Assembly: GCA_021372775.1 (NCBI GenBank) | Contig: JAJFTU010000402.1 | Coordinates: 1-60,694, forward strand | Origin: a bacterium | Lineage (GTDB): Bacteria; Acidobacteriota; Polarisedimenticolia; J045 | Direction: 5' to 3' | DNA: 60,694 nucleotides | Part shown: positions 24,662 to 33,900 of the stretch, piece by piece | Layout of the letters: every line of letters starts with the position of its first letter | How positions within the stretch are numbered: the stretch's first letter is position 1 | Notes under the pieces: generated by a model | The model's input: the letters and a program-made list of their open reading frames with translations, nothing else | Database searches by the model: none | What the model was told of the DNA's origin: nothing | Translations under genes and position numbers: made by a program

Positions 24662-24891
24662 AACACCGCACTCCCTTCCTGTGAACGAAACCGTTTCAGA
24701 ACCAGCAGCTCTTGCCGCTGCCGCACGAGGCGCTCGAGGCGGGTCCGCACGAACACCAAGCGCCCTTCGATCGACCGTCGATGGAGCCACGAATCCGCCT
24801 CCGCATCCGTGGTCAGTTGCTCTAGGGCACCGACGAGATGGTCGAGCTCGAGCCAGGCGTCTCGTAGGGCCGTCGAATCCTCGCGCCGCAC
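24616..24891 (-). CDS. hypothetical protein (91 aa)
   Basis: GTG start 4 nt after the upstream stop. The 3' end overlaps the next gene by 46 nt. Confidence 0.4.
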   Translation of the reverse strand: MRREDSTALRDAWLELDHLVGALEQLTTDAEADSWLHRRSIEGRLVFVRTRLERLVRQRQELLVLKRFRSQEGSAVLCGKASGSSSSSRAS

Positions 24892-24895
24892 GCCG

Positions 24896-25300
24896 CTACA
24901 CCTTCACCAGGTTCCGCACCACGAACTCGACTTCAGCCTTGCCGTACTTCGTCTCTCCGCCTTCGGTCCAGGTGTACTCGATGAGCGCCACGTGGCTCTC
25001 GCTCTCGCCACCGGTCAGCACCACCATGTCCGCGACGCCAAGCGTGATCTGGACGTTGTAGACGTTGCCGGCGCCATCCGTCTGCGCCGCCGCGTAGAGC
25101 ACGCCGCCGTTCGCGTTCTTGACGCTGCGGCGCAAGCACCCGTTGATGACGCGCTCGGTGGTCTCCTCGTAGTGCGTAATCGTGATGGTATCGAGCGCCG
25201 TCGCGTCGAGCCCCGTCGCACCATCGAGGCCCGTCAGGAGCAGCTTGAGCGGCGTCGTGACTCGCTCATCGAGGATCTCGTCAAGGGTGACGCGGCTCAT
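24896..25300 (-). CDS. hypothetical tail-region protein (134 aa)
   Basis: ATG start one base after the fibre gene stop. Confidence 0.5.
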   Translation of the reverse strand: MSRVTLDEILDERVTTPLKLLLTGLDGATGLDATALDTITITHYEETTERVINGCLRRSVKNANGGVLYAAAQTDGAGNVYNVQITLGVADMVVLTGGESESHVALIEYTWTEGGETKYGKAEVEFVVRNLVKV

Positions 25301-25301
25301 A

Positions 25302-26792
25302 TCAGACCTGCCTCTCGAGCGTCGAGGGTGTCATCGCCGCGGCGCTGGCCGACGGCTGAGTAGCCACGACGGCCGCCACCACGATCACATCGGGCAGCGC
25401 CGTGTAGCGCGTAAGCGGGGCGAGTGTCACGGCGAGCGATCCCGTCACGGCGACGGTCCCGCTTCCGGTCACGGTCAGGGGCTGGAGCGTCTCATCGAGC
25501 GCGCCGTGCGGGTTGTTCGTCACGAGGGCAGACGCGACGAGCGTCGCCGCGCCTAGCGTGTCCCCACAGACGGCGTGCACAGCGACGGCTCCGCTCGCCG
25601 CCACGGTCGCCTCGCCGAGCGTGATAGCGGCGGATGCGGACGCCTGCACGGCCCCTGCGCCGGCGAGCGTCAGCGCCTCAAGCGTGGCGGTTAGTGAAGC
25701 CGAGACCTCGCTGACGACGGCCTTCTTGAACGAGACGCCGATGATCGACCACTTCCCCGACCCGGCCGCGGCCATGTCGCCCGCGTGCGTCGAGCCGGAG
25801 GGCACCTGGTAGGTCTCGGTGCCCGCCTCAAACGTGCCCTCCACGCTCTGCCGGAGCGTGAAGTCCGAGCCGGCCGCGAGTGGACCGGCGCCGCTGTCGT
25901 TGATGGTCGCCGCACAGCAGAGCAAGTCGCCCGCCGCGACCGTCACGGCGCTTGAGGTCGCCGGGGACGCGCTCGTGCCCTGCCCGGTCTGGACGTTGCG
26001 AACCGGGTTGCCGAACGTGCAGATCCCCGTGAACACGTGGATCGCGAACACGCAGGCGCCAGCGCCCGAGGTCGTGCCCGTGACGGTCAACGAACCGTCA
26101 GCCGAGGCTCGGCCCCAGAAGGCCGACGTCCGGCCCGCCCCGGCTGGATTCGTCACGGTGGCGATGGAGGTGTAGGCGTTCTCTTGCGAGTCGGTCGGAG
26201 CGTTGTGCGTGAACGATCCGGTCGTGACCTGGTGGTAGGAGACCAGGATCAAGTCGCCGGCCTTGACGGTGACGGTGCGGCTCCACGCGGACGACGACGA
26301 GACGTGACTGCTCGAGAGGTAGGTGCCCCATCCGGCGACGACGGCGAGATCGGCGCCGTAGCTCGTGCCGACGGCGTTGGTCGCGTAGGCGCGGACGTGG
26401 TAGCCCGTGCCTCCCGACAAGCCGGTGGCGGTCGCCTCGAACGCGCCGGTCGTGCCGTCGGCCGTCGCCTTGCTGTCGGCGACGGTCGGATTCAGCGACG
26501 TGGACCAGCAGATCCCGCGTTCGATGATCGCGCCGCCGCCGTCGTCCACCACGTCACCGTTGACGCTGAGGACGGTCGGCGAGGGGATGTTGGCAAGACC
26601 GACCGTCTGGACCGACGGCGCGACGGCATCGCTGACGGTGCCTGTTCCCGCCAGGGTGAGGGCGCCGAAGGTGACGTCGGCCGAGCCGGCGACAGCCACG
26701 GCCGCCGCCAGCGTCATCGCGTCCAGGGTGGCGGAGAGTGATCCCTGGACCTCCGTGGCTTCCTGCGGCCCCATGAAGGTGAGGAAGGACAC
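25302..26792 (-). CDS. tail fibre / receptor-binding protein candidate
   Basis: 496 aa, rich in A/T/G/S/V. Repeated L(D/E)A(M/L)TLAG segments at both ends. Located in the tail region. Confidence 0.55.
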   Translation of the reverse strand: MSFLTFMGPQEATEVQGSLSATLDAMTLAAAVAVAGSADVTFGALTLAGTGTVSDAVAPSVQTVGLANIPSPTVLSVNGDVVDDGGGAIIERGICWSTSLNPTVADSKATADGTTGAFEATATGLSGGTGYHVRAYATNAVGTSYGADLAVVAGWGTYLSSSHVSSSSAWSRTVTVKAGDLILVSYHQVTTGSFTHNAPTDSQENAYTSIATVTNPAGAGRTSAFWGRASADGSLTVTGTTSGAGACVFAIHVFTGICTFGNPVRNVQTGQGTSASPATSSAVTVAAGDLLCCAATINDSGAGPLAAGSDFTLRQSVEGTFEAGTETYQVPSGSTHAGDMAAAGSGKWSIIGVSFKKAVVSEVSASLTATLEALTLAGAGAVQASASAAITLGEATVAASGAVAVHAVCGDTLGAATLVASALVTNNPHGALDETLQPLTVTGSGTVAVTGSLAVTLAPLTRYTALPDVIVVAAVVATQPSASAAAMTPSTLERQV

Positions 26793-28022
26793 TCAGTACC
26801 TCCACACCGGAGCGGCGAACCGCTGCACGTCGATGGCCCCAGACGCCGCGATCCGTCGATTCCCCGCCTGATTCGGGTGCCAGCCGTCCGTCGAGAACGG
26901 GGCGCCGGTCCCCACGTACCAATGGCCGCTGTCGCGGGCGGTCTGAATCGTGTCCGCGATTTCGTGATACCCCGCGAGTCCCGTGCCGGTCAGGTCGCCG
27001 CGGAGGCGATTGTTGAGCGCGGCGACATAGGTCTGATACCCGGATTGCGCCCCGTCCCCCGTCGAGGCGTTCGTCTGATCGTCGGGCGCCACGAAGCCGT
27101 TGGCGCTGTTCGAGATGGACGGCACCGTGTCGGCATAGACCCGCTTCCCCATCGCGGCGAAGTAGCCCCAGATCGTGATCATGTTGGCCCACGCTTGCGT
27201 GTCATTGCTGGTGCCGTAGATCACGTCGCCGCCGCCGAAGGTGCTGATCACGTGTGAGCAGTAGGCCGCAACCGCGAGGTCGATCGCGTGATTCTGGGCG
27301 ACGAACTGAGCGGCCTGACGCCCACTACAGCCCGCGTTGCAGTAGGCAAACGCCGGCCCGATAATCCGCGACCCGTACCCCGCATCACCCGCGTTGGCAT
27401 CCACGATGTCTTGCACGCCCTGTTGGCGGGAGTCTCCGGCCAGATAGAACGAGGGGCGCGTCGTCGGGCCGACCAGCGCCACGGGGCCGATGTGGATGCC
27501 GTAGGTGTTGTCGGTGACGCTCCCGCTCACGGTCAGGTCGCCCACGTCGAACTGGCAGGCGTCCCCGTTGGCCGTGTCCATCGGCGTGAAGGCCTGCACG
27601 TTCGAGTCGGTGTAGACGTAGCCGGTCGCCGAAGCGTAGTACATCCGCCAGTAGGCTTTCGCTCCTCGTGGGATCGGGACGGAGAGGTAGTCCGAAGTCA
27701 ACAGCGTGCCACTGGCCACGTTGGTGGGCTTCTGCACGCCGCCGAAAAAGAACGGGTAGAACGTCCCGGCCGGGTATTCAATCGAGGCCGCAATGGTCGC
27801 CGTGGCCCCGCTGGCGGTGTTCCCGGTCGCGGGGGTCGAATAGCCGTTGTACCAGATAAAGCGGAGGCGTCGGATGTCATCTCTCGCGTAGAAATACCCA
27901 CGCGACATCAGGTTGCCGGGGAGGTCCGCCGTGATGAGATTCGTGGCGAACCGTCCCCGGGTGCCCACATACCCGACGTAGGACGGCATGACCAGCGGGC
28001 GGCGCGCAAGAATGACGCCCAT
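26793..28022 (-). CDS. tail-associated SGNH/GDSL hydrolase
   Basis: FYLAGDSRQQG (GDS block) and C-terminal DGWHPN (D-x-x-H). N-terminal beta-rich domain. Trimmed to ATG 28022. Confidence 0.65.
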   Translation of the reverse strand: MGVILARRPLVMPSYVGYVGTRGRFATNLITADLPGNLMSRGYFYARDDIRRLRFIWYNGYSTPATGNTASGATATIAASIEYPAGTFYPFFFGGVQKPTNVASGTLLTSDYLSVPIPRGAKAYWRMYYASATGYVYTDSNVQAFTPMDTANGDACQFDVGDLTVSGSVTDNTYGIHIGPVALVGPTTRPSFYLAGDSRQQGVQDIVDANAGDAGYGSRIIGPAFAYCNAGCSGRQAAQFVAQNHAIDLAVAAYCSHVISTFGGGDVIYGTSNDTQAWANMITIWGYFAAMGKRVYADTVPSISNSANGFVAPDDQTNASTGDGAQSGYQTYVAALNNRLRGDLTGTGLAGYHEIADTIQTARDSGHWYVGTGAPFSTDGWHPNQAGNRRIAASGAIDVQRFAAPVWRY

Positions 28023-28026
28023 GATC

Positions 28027-28698
28027 TCAGTCCTGCGCGACGTGCAACACCAGCGTGTAGGTCTGCGACGCAATCGGCGTGTGCGCCGTCAGCGCCTTCA
28101 GGGTCCAGTAGATCACGCTCACGCCGGCCGCCAGCGCGGCGGCGATGTACGGTTGCCCCTGCACTTGCAGCGGCGTCGAGAGGCCATCGGTCCCGATGAT
28201 GTTGGTGCCGGAGATCAGCGTGCCGAGGTGGTTCGCCATGCCCGAGGAGATCGCCCACGCCGCGTTGTCCACGGCGACCCCTGGCGCGGCGGACCACAAG
28301 TCCACCTGGAACTGCGCGGTCGCTCGGCTGGCGTCGGTGCCGTTGCTGCGGAGCAACCCACCGAGAATCACCGCCGACGCTGCCGCCGCCCTCGTGATCG
28401 TGATCGATGGCACCGTCGGGCTCGTGGTACTCGACGCGACCATGTCGTTGATCGAGTAGGCCGTCGTTGGAGTCGACGGCCGCGTGAGCGTGGAGGTCGG
28501 GACAGCCGTGTGACCGACCGGCAGCCCATCGACGACCGACACCACGCGCTGGGGATCGCCATCGACCCCCGTGCCGCCGTAGTCGACCCCAACTGCCTGG
28601 ATCTTGATCGGCGTGCCGGTGTCGTCGCCACGGCCGGCCAGCGGCAGCGACGCCGGGGGCTTGCCGTCCGCACCGAAGGTGATAGGTGTTCTCGCCAT
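28027..28698 (-). CDS. tail-region structural protein (223 aa)
   Basis: ATG 28698. T/S/A/G-rich. Confidence 0.5.
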   Translation of the reverse strand: MARTPITFGADGKPPASLPLAGRGDDTGTPIKIQAVGVDYGGTGVDGDPQRVVSVVDGLPVGHTAVPTSTLTRPSTPTTAYSINDMVASSTTSPTVPSITITRAAAASAVILGGLLRSNGTDASRATAQFQVDLWSAAPGVAVDNAAWAISSGMANHLGTLISGTNIIGTDGLSTPLQVQGQPYIAAALAAGVSVIYWTLKALTAHTPIASQTYTLVLHVAQD

Positions 28699-28727
28699 GA
28701 GCGTTCTCCTTGGCTCCAGAGCCCGCT

Positions 28728-29129
28728 TTAGGCGTTGCCGTCGGTCAGGGTGAACCCGGTGATCGTGACCGTCTGCCCGTCCGCCACGACGGTGTTGTCG
28801 AGCTGCATGTCGCCGGTCCCGATGCCGCACGTCCCCTGTATCTTGCAGGTCGTGCCATCGCTGGCGTAGATCCGGAAGTGGCCGATCGTGCCGCCTCCGC
28901 CCGAGGCCGTCCCCGACCAGGTGCCGGACTTGGCCTTCGCCCCGCTCGACGCGGCGGCCAGATAGTCCGCCGGCAGCGACATGGAGCAGAGTACGGTGCC
29001 GGAGTCGGCGGCGGCGCAGTTGGCCGGCGCGGCGCCGCTCCGAAGTTTCAGAACGGCCGACGCGCCGATCTCGGTCTCGATCGCGTCGAGCCGAGCGTTG
29101 CGGGTGAGAACTGCGAGCTGGATGCCCAT
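28728..29129 (-). CDS. tail-region protein (133 aa)
   Basis: ATG 29129 with AGGAG 6 nt upstream. Confidence 0.5.
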   Translation of the reverse strand: MGIQLAVLTRNARLDAIETEIGASAVLKLRSGAAPANCAAADSGTVLCSMSLPADYLAAASSGAKAKSGTWSGTASGGGGTIGHFRIYASDGTTCKIQGTCGIGTGDMQLDNTVVADGQTVTITGFTLTDGNA

Positions 29130-29132
29130 GAC

Positions 29133-29168
29133 GTGCTCCTGTGAATGCCAGGGCGGCATCAGGAGCAC
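29133..29168 (-). promoter_or_regulatory. hairpin that sequesters the RBS of the 29129 gene
   Basis: gtgctcctg (29133-29141) pairs with caggagcac (29160-29168). tgcc (29146-29149) pairs with ggca (29155-29158). The SD AGGAG is inside the 3' arm on the minus strand. Confidence 0.35.
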
Positions 29169-29411
29169 GCGCGGCCTACGAAAGGCGGGGCGTGCTGGCG
29201 GGCCTGGAAGTAGTGACGCCGGTTCGGTCTACCTACACCGTCGCGTGATCGCGACGGGCAACGTCCGTCGGTCGGTCTCCAATCTGCGCGCGGTCACAGC
29301 GCGGCGCCAGGCGGGGGTCACTGGCCTCCTGCGCGAGCCAGCGTTCCCACGCCACGATCGCCATCTTCGCGGCTCGGATCAACATGCGGTGCAATTCTAC
29401 GCTCGCCGTGG

Positions 29412-29918
29412 TCACGACGCACGCTCCGGTGTGGCCGACGAGTCCCATCCGGTTTCGTAGGCCCGGACGATCTTGGCCACGTAATCGAGCGGTACGCAGG
29501 TATCGCGCCACGAGCCGCTGTTGTAGGCGTCGGCGGCGTTCTCGAGCGTGCCGCCCTGGCTACGCACCAGAAAGCGGCAGACCAGCGGCGCGAGCACGGC
29601 ATCATCCTTGAGCGCCTCGGGCGGCCCGTTGAACCCGAGCTCGCGTGCGGTCGGGAACATCATCTGCCACGTGCCGTAGCTGCACGCCGCGCCGGGCCCA
29701 AAGCGCGCGTAGAGGTCGCGCACTGCAGCCGACTGCCGGTACATCACGCCGCCCGGCGCGTAGGCCCGCTCGTGGCGCGGGACGCCGCGGTCACGGCCGT
29801 AACTGGACTCGACGGCCGCGAAGGCCCACAGCACCAGCGCGCCGTCGCAGGGGACGCCGTTGTGCGAGAGCGGCGGCACCTGGGCACCAAACTGGCAGCA
29901 CGTCTCTCGGAGGGTCAT
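29412..29918 (-). CDS. endolysin candidate (lysozyme-like / lytic transglycosylase fold)
   Basis: FAAVESSYG (catalytic Glu context), YGTWQMM, AADAYNSGSW. Directly downstream of a holin-like gene. Confidence 0.6.
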   Translation of the reverse strand: MTLRETCCQFGAQVPPLSHNGVPCDGALVLWAFAAVESSYGRDRGVPRHERAYAPGGVMYRQSAAVRDLYARFGPGAACSYGTWQMMFPTARELGFNGPPEALKDDAVLAPLVCRFLVRSQGGTLENAADAYNSGSWRDTCVPLDYVAKIVRAYETGWDSSATPERAS

Positions 29919-29924
29919 CGCTTA

Positions 29925-30215
29925 TCACTCCTCGGCCGGGCCAATGCGCATCGCCCGCTCGATGTTGGCGAGGCGCGTGTCGATCCCCTGCAGGGTCGCT
30001 TCGATGGTGTCCTTGCGCGCGAAGCTCGCCAGGTCCGCGTTCAGCCGGGAGAGTTCACGGTCGCACTGCGCCCGGCACGAGTCCATCCGTTGACTGAGTG
30101 CCGCCGGCGTCGAGTCGGTGCGCTGCCTCCACATCCCGATCGCGATGATGAGGCCCAGGATGAGCATGGCCGCCTGCACCACCTGAATGACGTCTGCCAC
30201 CGCCGCCCAATTCAT
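29925..30215 (-). CDS. holin- or spanin-like single-TM protein
   Basis: VVQAAMLILGLIIAIGMW transmembrane segment followed by a coiled coil. Trimmed to ATG 30215. Confidence 0.45.
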   Translation of the reverse strand: MNWAAVADVIQVVQAAMLILGLIIAIGMWRQRTDSTPAALSQRMDSCRAQCDRELSRLNADLASFARKDTIEATLQGIDTRLANIERAMRIGPAEE

Positions 30216-30267
30216 CGCCGCCGCCTTTCGTGGTGGGTCGGCCGACGGCCGGACCCGCGTTGCCGGC

Positions 30268-30909
30268 CTACACCACCCCGTGACTCGCCAGAATCGACCA
30301 CGCCGAGACCCCATCTGACACCAAGAGAATCGAGGGGCACACGCCGTCCGCCGCCACGGGAATCGTGTAGGCCCCTTCCACGCCGTCGATCGTGTCCGAC
30401 CCGACCGGGTAGAGCGCGATCGGTTGCGTGCCGACGTTCTTCACGATGAGCGGCTTGCCGCGGCCGGCCGCCGGCGGCATCGTCACGTGGCACGGGTTCG
30501 GCCCGCCGCTCGAGGCCACGGTTACGAGCACGTCGGTCGAGACGATCGCGTAGAAGTCCGTGACCGACTTCGTGCCGGCCGCGAGTTCGAGCCCGAACCG
30601 CTCCAGCCATGTGAGACCGACATCCTCCGCGCCGTCGTGCGGAGGCCCGACCTGGTCGCCGTTCGCGTCCTTGAGGACGAATTGGTAGCCGCCCGCGCCG
30701 AGGAACACCGAGGCCGACGGGCGGCCGTCCGACCCAAGGACCAGCGGGTTGTCGTGTTCGACGGTCCGGCCCGCGTCGGTGTAGACCGCCTTGTGCACGG
30801 TCGTCGAGCCGGCCTCGAAGCACTCGAGCGTCCCGCCCGCGAGCGGCGCGCCGATCGCGTCGTGGAACTGCAGGTCGATCCAGGACAGCAGCGAACCAGG
30901 CAGAGACAT
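30268..30909 (-). CDS. tail fibre/spike-associated protein (213 aa)
   Basis: ATG 30909, 10 nt after the giant ORF stop. Beta-rich. Confidence 0.5.
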   Translation of the reverse strand: MSLPGSLLSWIDLQFHDAIGAPLAGGTLECFEAGSTTVHKAVYTDAGRTVEHDNPLVLGSDGRPSASVFLGAGGYQFVLKDANGDQVGPPHDGAEDVGLTWLERFGLELAAGTKSVTDFYAIVSTDVLVTVASSGGPNPCHVTMPPAAGRGKPLIVKNVGTQPIALYPVGSDTIDGVEGAYTIPVAADGVCPSILLVSDGVSAWSILASHGVV

Positions 30910-30919
30910 CGTCGGTCCC

Positions 30920-33900
30920 TCAGTGAATCGTCGGTTTCCCAAGCCCCTGGCGCACGACATTCAACATTCGTGCGTAGAGCGCGTTCAGCTTCGCGCGCCG
31001 GTCGTCCGGCGAGAGCCGCGGGTCCTCGAACGCCTTGTTGACCTGCTGGCTCAGGGTCCTCAGTCGGGTCTCGGCGAACGCGATCCGGGCGGCCGTCAAC
31101 CGCGCGTCGCCGCCGTACTCGGCGTCCAGTTCCCGCGTCCGCGCCTTCGCCTTGGCGGTGTCCCCGCTCGCGCGATACTCGTCCACGCTCCGCAGCGCGC
31201 CCCGCAGCGCGTCCCGCGTCTCGTAGAACTCCTGGAACGACTGCGCGTCGGCCCGCGGGGTCTCCCGGTAGAAGGCACTCACGAACGGGGCTCGGGCCAG
31301 GCCGCCAGACGGCCGCTTGTCCTTCGCGATCCCGGTCGCGGAGAGCCCGGCATCGGTCGCGCCTTCGATCCCGCGCCCGAGGCCGGCGGTGTAGCCGTAG
31401 ACCAGGTGGTCGAACTTCGCGGGCGCCATCCTAAGCTTCGGCGCGATGAGCTTCGCGGCCTCGCTCGTCCAGCGCCCCGCCTGCAGCTCCGGGTCGAGGG
31501 TTGTATCGTAGGGGTTGACGATGCTCCGGCCGCGGAACGTGTCGTAGTTCACCGCCGCTTCTAACGCCGGGACGATGGCGGTCGGCGTGATCGACAGGAT
31601 CACGTTCCACGCGCTCGACGCGCCGCCCGGGAAGAGGCGGTCGGCCACCTTCTTGTCCTTCCCGCTCATGTAGTCCATCGCGGCTTCGAAGAACGAGCCG
31701 AAGATCATCCCGATCTCGAACGGCTTGGGGATGCGGGCCCAATCGTGCCCGTGCGCACGGCCAAGCGGCACGTGCCAATACGTGTTCCGCTCCCACGCCG
31801 GCAGCTCGTGGTAGTCCGGATCGGTGTGGTTGAGATACCAGAGCGCCAGCGACTGGAGCGTGATCCCGATGGTCGCCCGCCAGACGGCCCCGAGTGCTCG
31901 ACGCCGGCGCGGAGACCAATGACCCTTTGGCCCTTCCTTCATCGGAATGGGCGGTTGGCCGTCCCCGCCAAGTGCCTTCCCGCCCGGTCCTGGCGTGCCG
32001 CCTCCGGCCGCGGCATCCATCCCGCCGAACACCTCAGCGAGCCGTGCCCACCCCTGCACCCGCGCGTTGAAGAACGCCGTGTAGCGGTTGGCTTCCTTGC
32101 TATACCGGCCGCCCCGGGCGAAGTCGAGCGTGACGTCACGGGCCGCGAGCGCCGCGCGGGCGTAACCCTCGGCCGTCCGGCCCTCCTTCTCAACGGCCCC
32201 CATGAACTCGCCGAGCCGCGTGGCGACCTCCGTCGCTTCCGAGATCGCCCGCAGCAGTTCGATCGGGTTCCGGACGATGCTCGCGAGGAAGGCCCGGCGC
32301 TGGCTCTTCCCCATCCGCCGGAGTTCCTCCCGGATGCGGTTGCGGTCGGCCGAGACGAGCGCGGCGTTGCCGGCGCCGCTGTTCATGAACTGCTGGTAGA
32401 GTTCCCCGTTGCCCACGAACTCGAACAGCCCGCGCATTGAGTCGTAGCCGAGACGGAAGCCGTACCGCGAGTTGATGTAGGCCGTCCAGGTGTCGCGGAT
32501 GGGGTTCCGGGCTGCGAACGACACCGTCAGCGTGGCGCCGGCGCGCAGCAACCGGGCCGGGCGCATCAGGAGGTTGATGACGAGGTCGGAGTGCTTCGGC
32601 CCGATCGCGGTGATGGCGTCGTAGAGGGCCTGGTCGTTGGCGGCGTACCACTGCCGTTTACCGTCCTGGATGACCGTCACCAGGCCGCCCTTGCCGGTCG
32701 GCATGTAGAGCGGGGTGAAGACCACGGCCGATTCGTCCAGCGCCTCATCGAGGTTGTCCGGCAACTCCACGCCCGCATCCTCCAGCGCCTCACGGATCTG
32801 CGGCGTCAGGCGGGCAAGGTTGAACTTCGTGGCGGCCACGGGCGCGGGCACCTTCTCGAGGAACCGCCCGCCGCCCTCGGTCGATTCGGCCTGCGCGACC
32901 AGGGCCTGCATCGCCCGGTTCGCCTCGACCATGTTCACGAGCGTGTGTGTGTTCCGAATGATGCTCTCGAGCGGGTTGACGATGTCCCGCGTCGAGCCCT
33001 TGATCCGCTTGATGGGCACACTCCGGTTCGCGATCTTGCTCCCGGGGCCCCCACCGAACGCGCCCGAGACGGTGTCCTGCACGCGCTGGTAGGGGACGTA
33101 GTGCGGATTCAGCGCCCGCATCTGGACCGCCTGCTCCGGGGAGACCGCGCCGGCCTGCACCGCATAGTCGATGACGGCGTCCTGGAAGTCGTAGACCGCC
33201 TGGCGCGCCTCGTCGAACTCGGGCGACTGGAATGCGTCGAGGATCGCCTGGGCTTCGTCCGTCGTCATGCCGGCCTTCATCCCGCGCGCCGTCAGGTCGG
33301 CCACGCGGGACGCGACGAGGTAGGCGGCGAACTCGCGCGCCTGGTGCGCGACCGGCTTCAGGGCCGGCTCCAGTCCCTCGGAGAGCTTGGACCCGTCCGG
33401 CAGGCGCACGCCGTTCCGGAGGAAGCCGTCCGCCTTCATCGCCGCGCCCCGGGCGAGACGCGCGAGCGCGTAGCCGTTGCGGAGGATCTGTTCTGGCGTG
33501 CCGAGTTCCTTCACCATCCGACGGATCGGCGCGAGGTCGTCCACCCATGCGGTCTCAAACCGCAGCATCCAGTCGGCCTTCGGGTCAGGCTCCTGGCCGG
33601 TGAAGTCGATACGGGCCAGCCCCCTGGCGATCGAGTCCGCGCCGAGGAATCCGGTGATGAGCGTCCGAGCCTGCTCGATCGAGGCTTTCAACTCGGGCTC
33701 GACTTGCAGCGCGTCCTCGAAGGCGGCCAGGTAGAGCGGCGCCCGATTCTGGGCGGACGCCGGGTCGGACAAGTAGAGCCGCAGGAACTCGGCCTCGCCT
33801 TCCTTGCGCTTCTCGCCGGGGTCGGCGTCCAGTTCCAGGATGTCGGCGCCGAGCGCCTCAAGTTCTTCGGAGTAGGGCCGCCGCCCGCGCCGGAGGTTCA

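Noticed and set aside
29233-29385. 50-aa ORF (MLIRAAKMAIVAWERW...) in the gap after the endolysin gene
   Set aside because: It has no SD, its start is ambiguous, and the longer track ORF (to 29511) overlaps the endolysin out of frame. It is left unannotated, though the 280-nt gap remains unexplained apart from the RBS hairpin.
31431-32651. Other same-strand ORFs nested in the giant gene (31431-31919, 32190-32651, 32790-33548, 33898-34386, 35169-37046, 37749-38486 and others) as additional embedded genes
   Set aside because: Unlike 39463-39768 they have R/P/G/A shadow composition and no SD. The giant frame across them encodes well-formed domain sequence.
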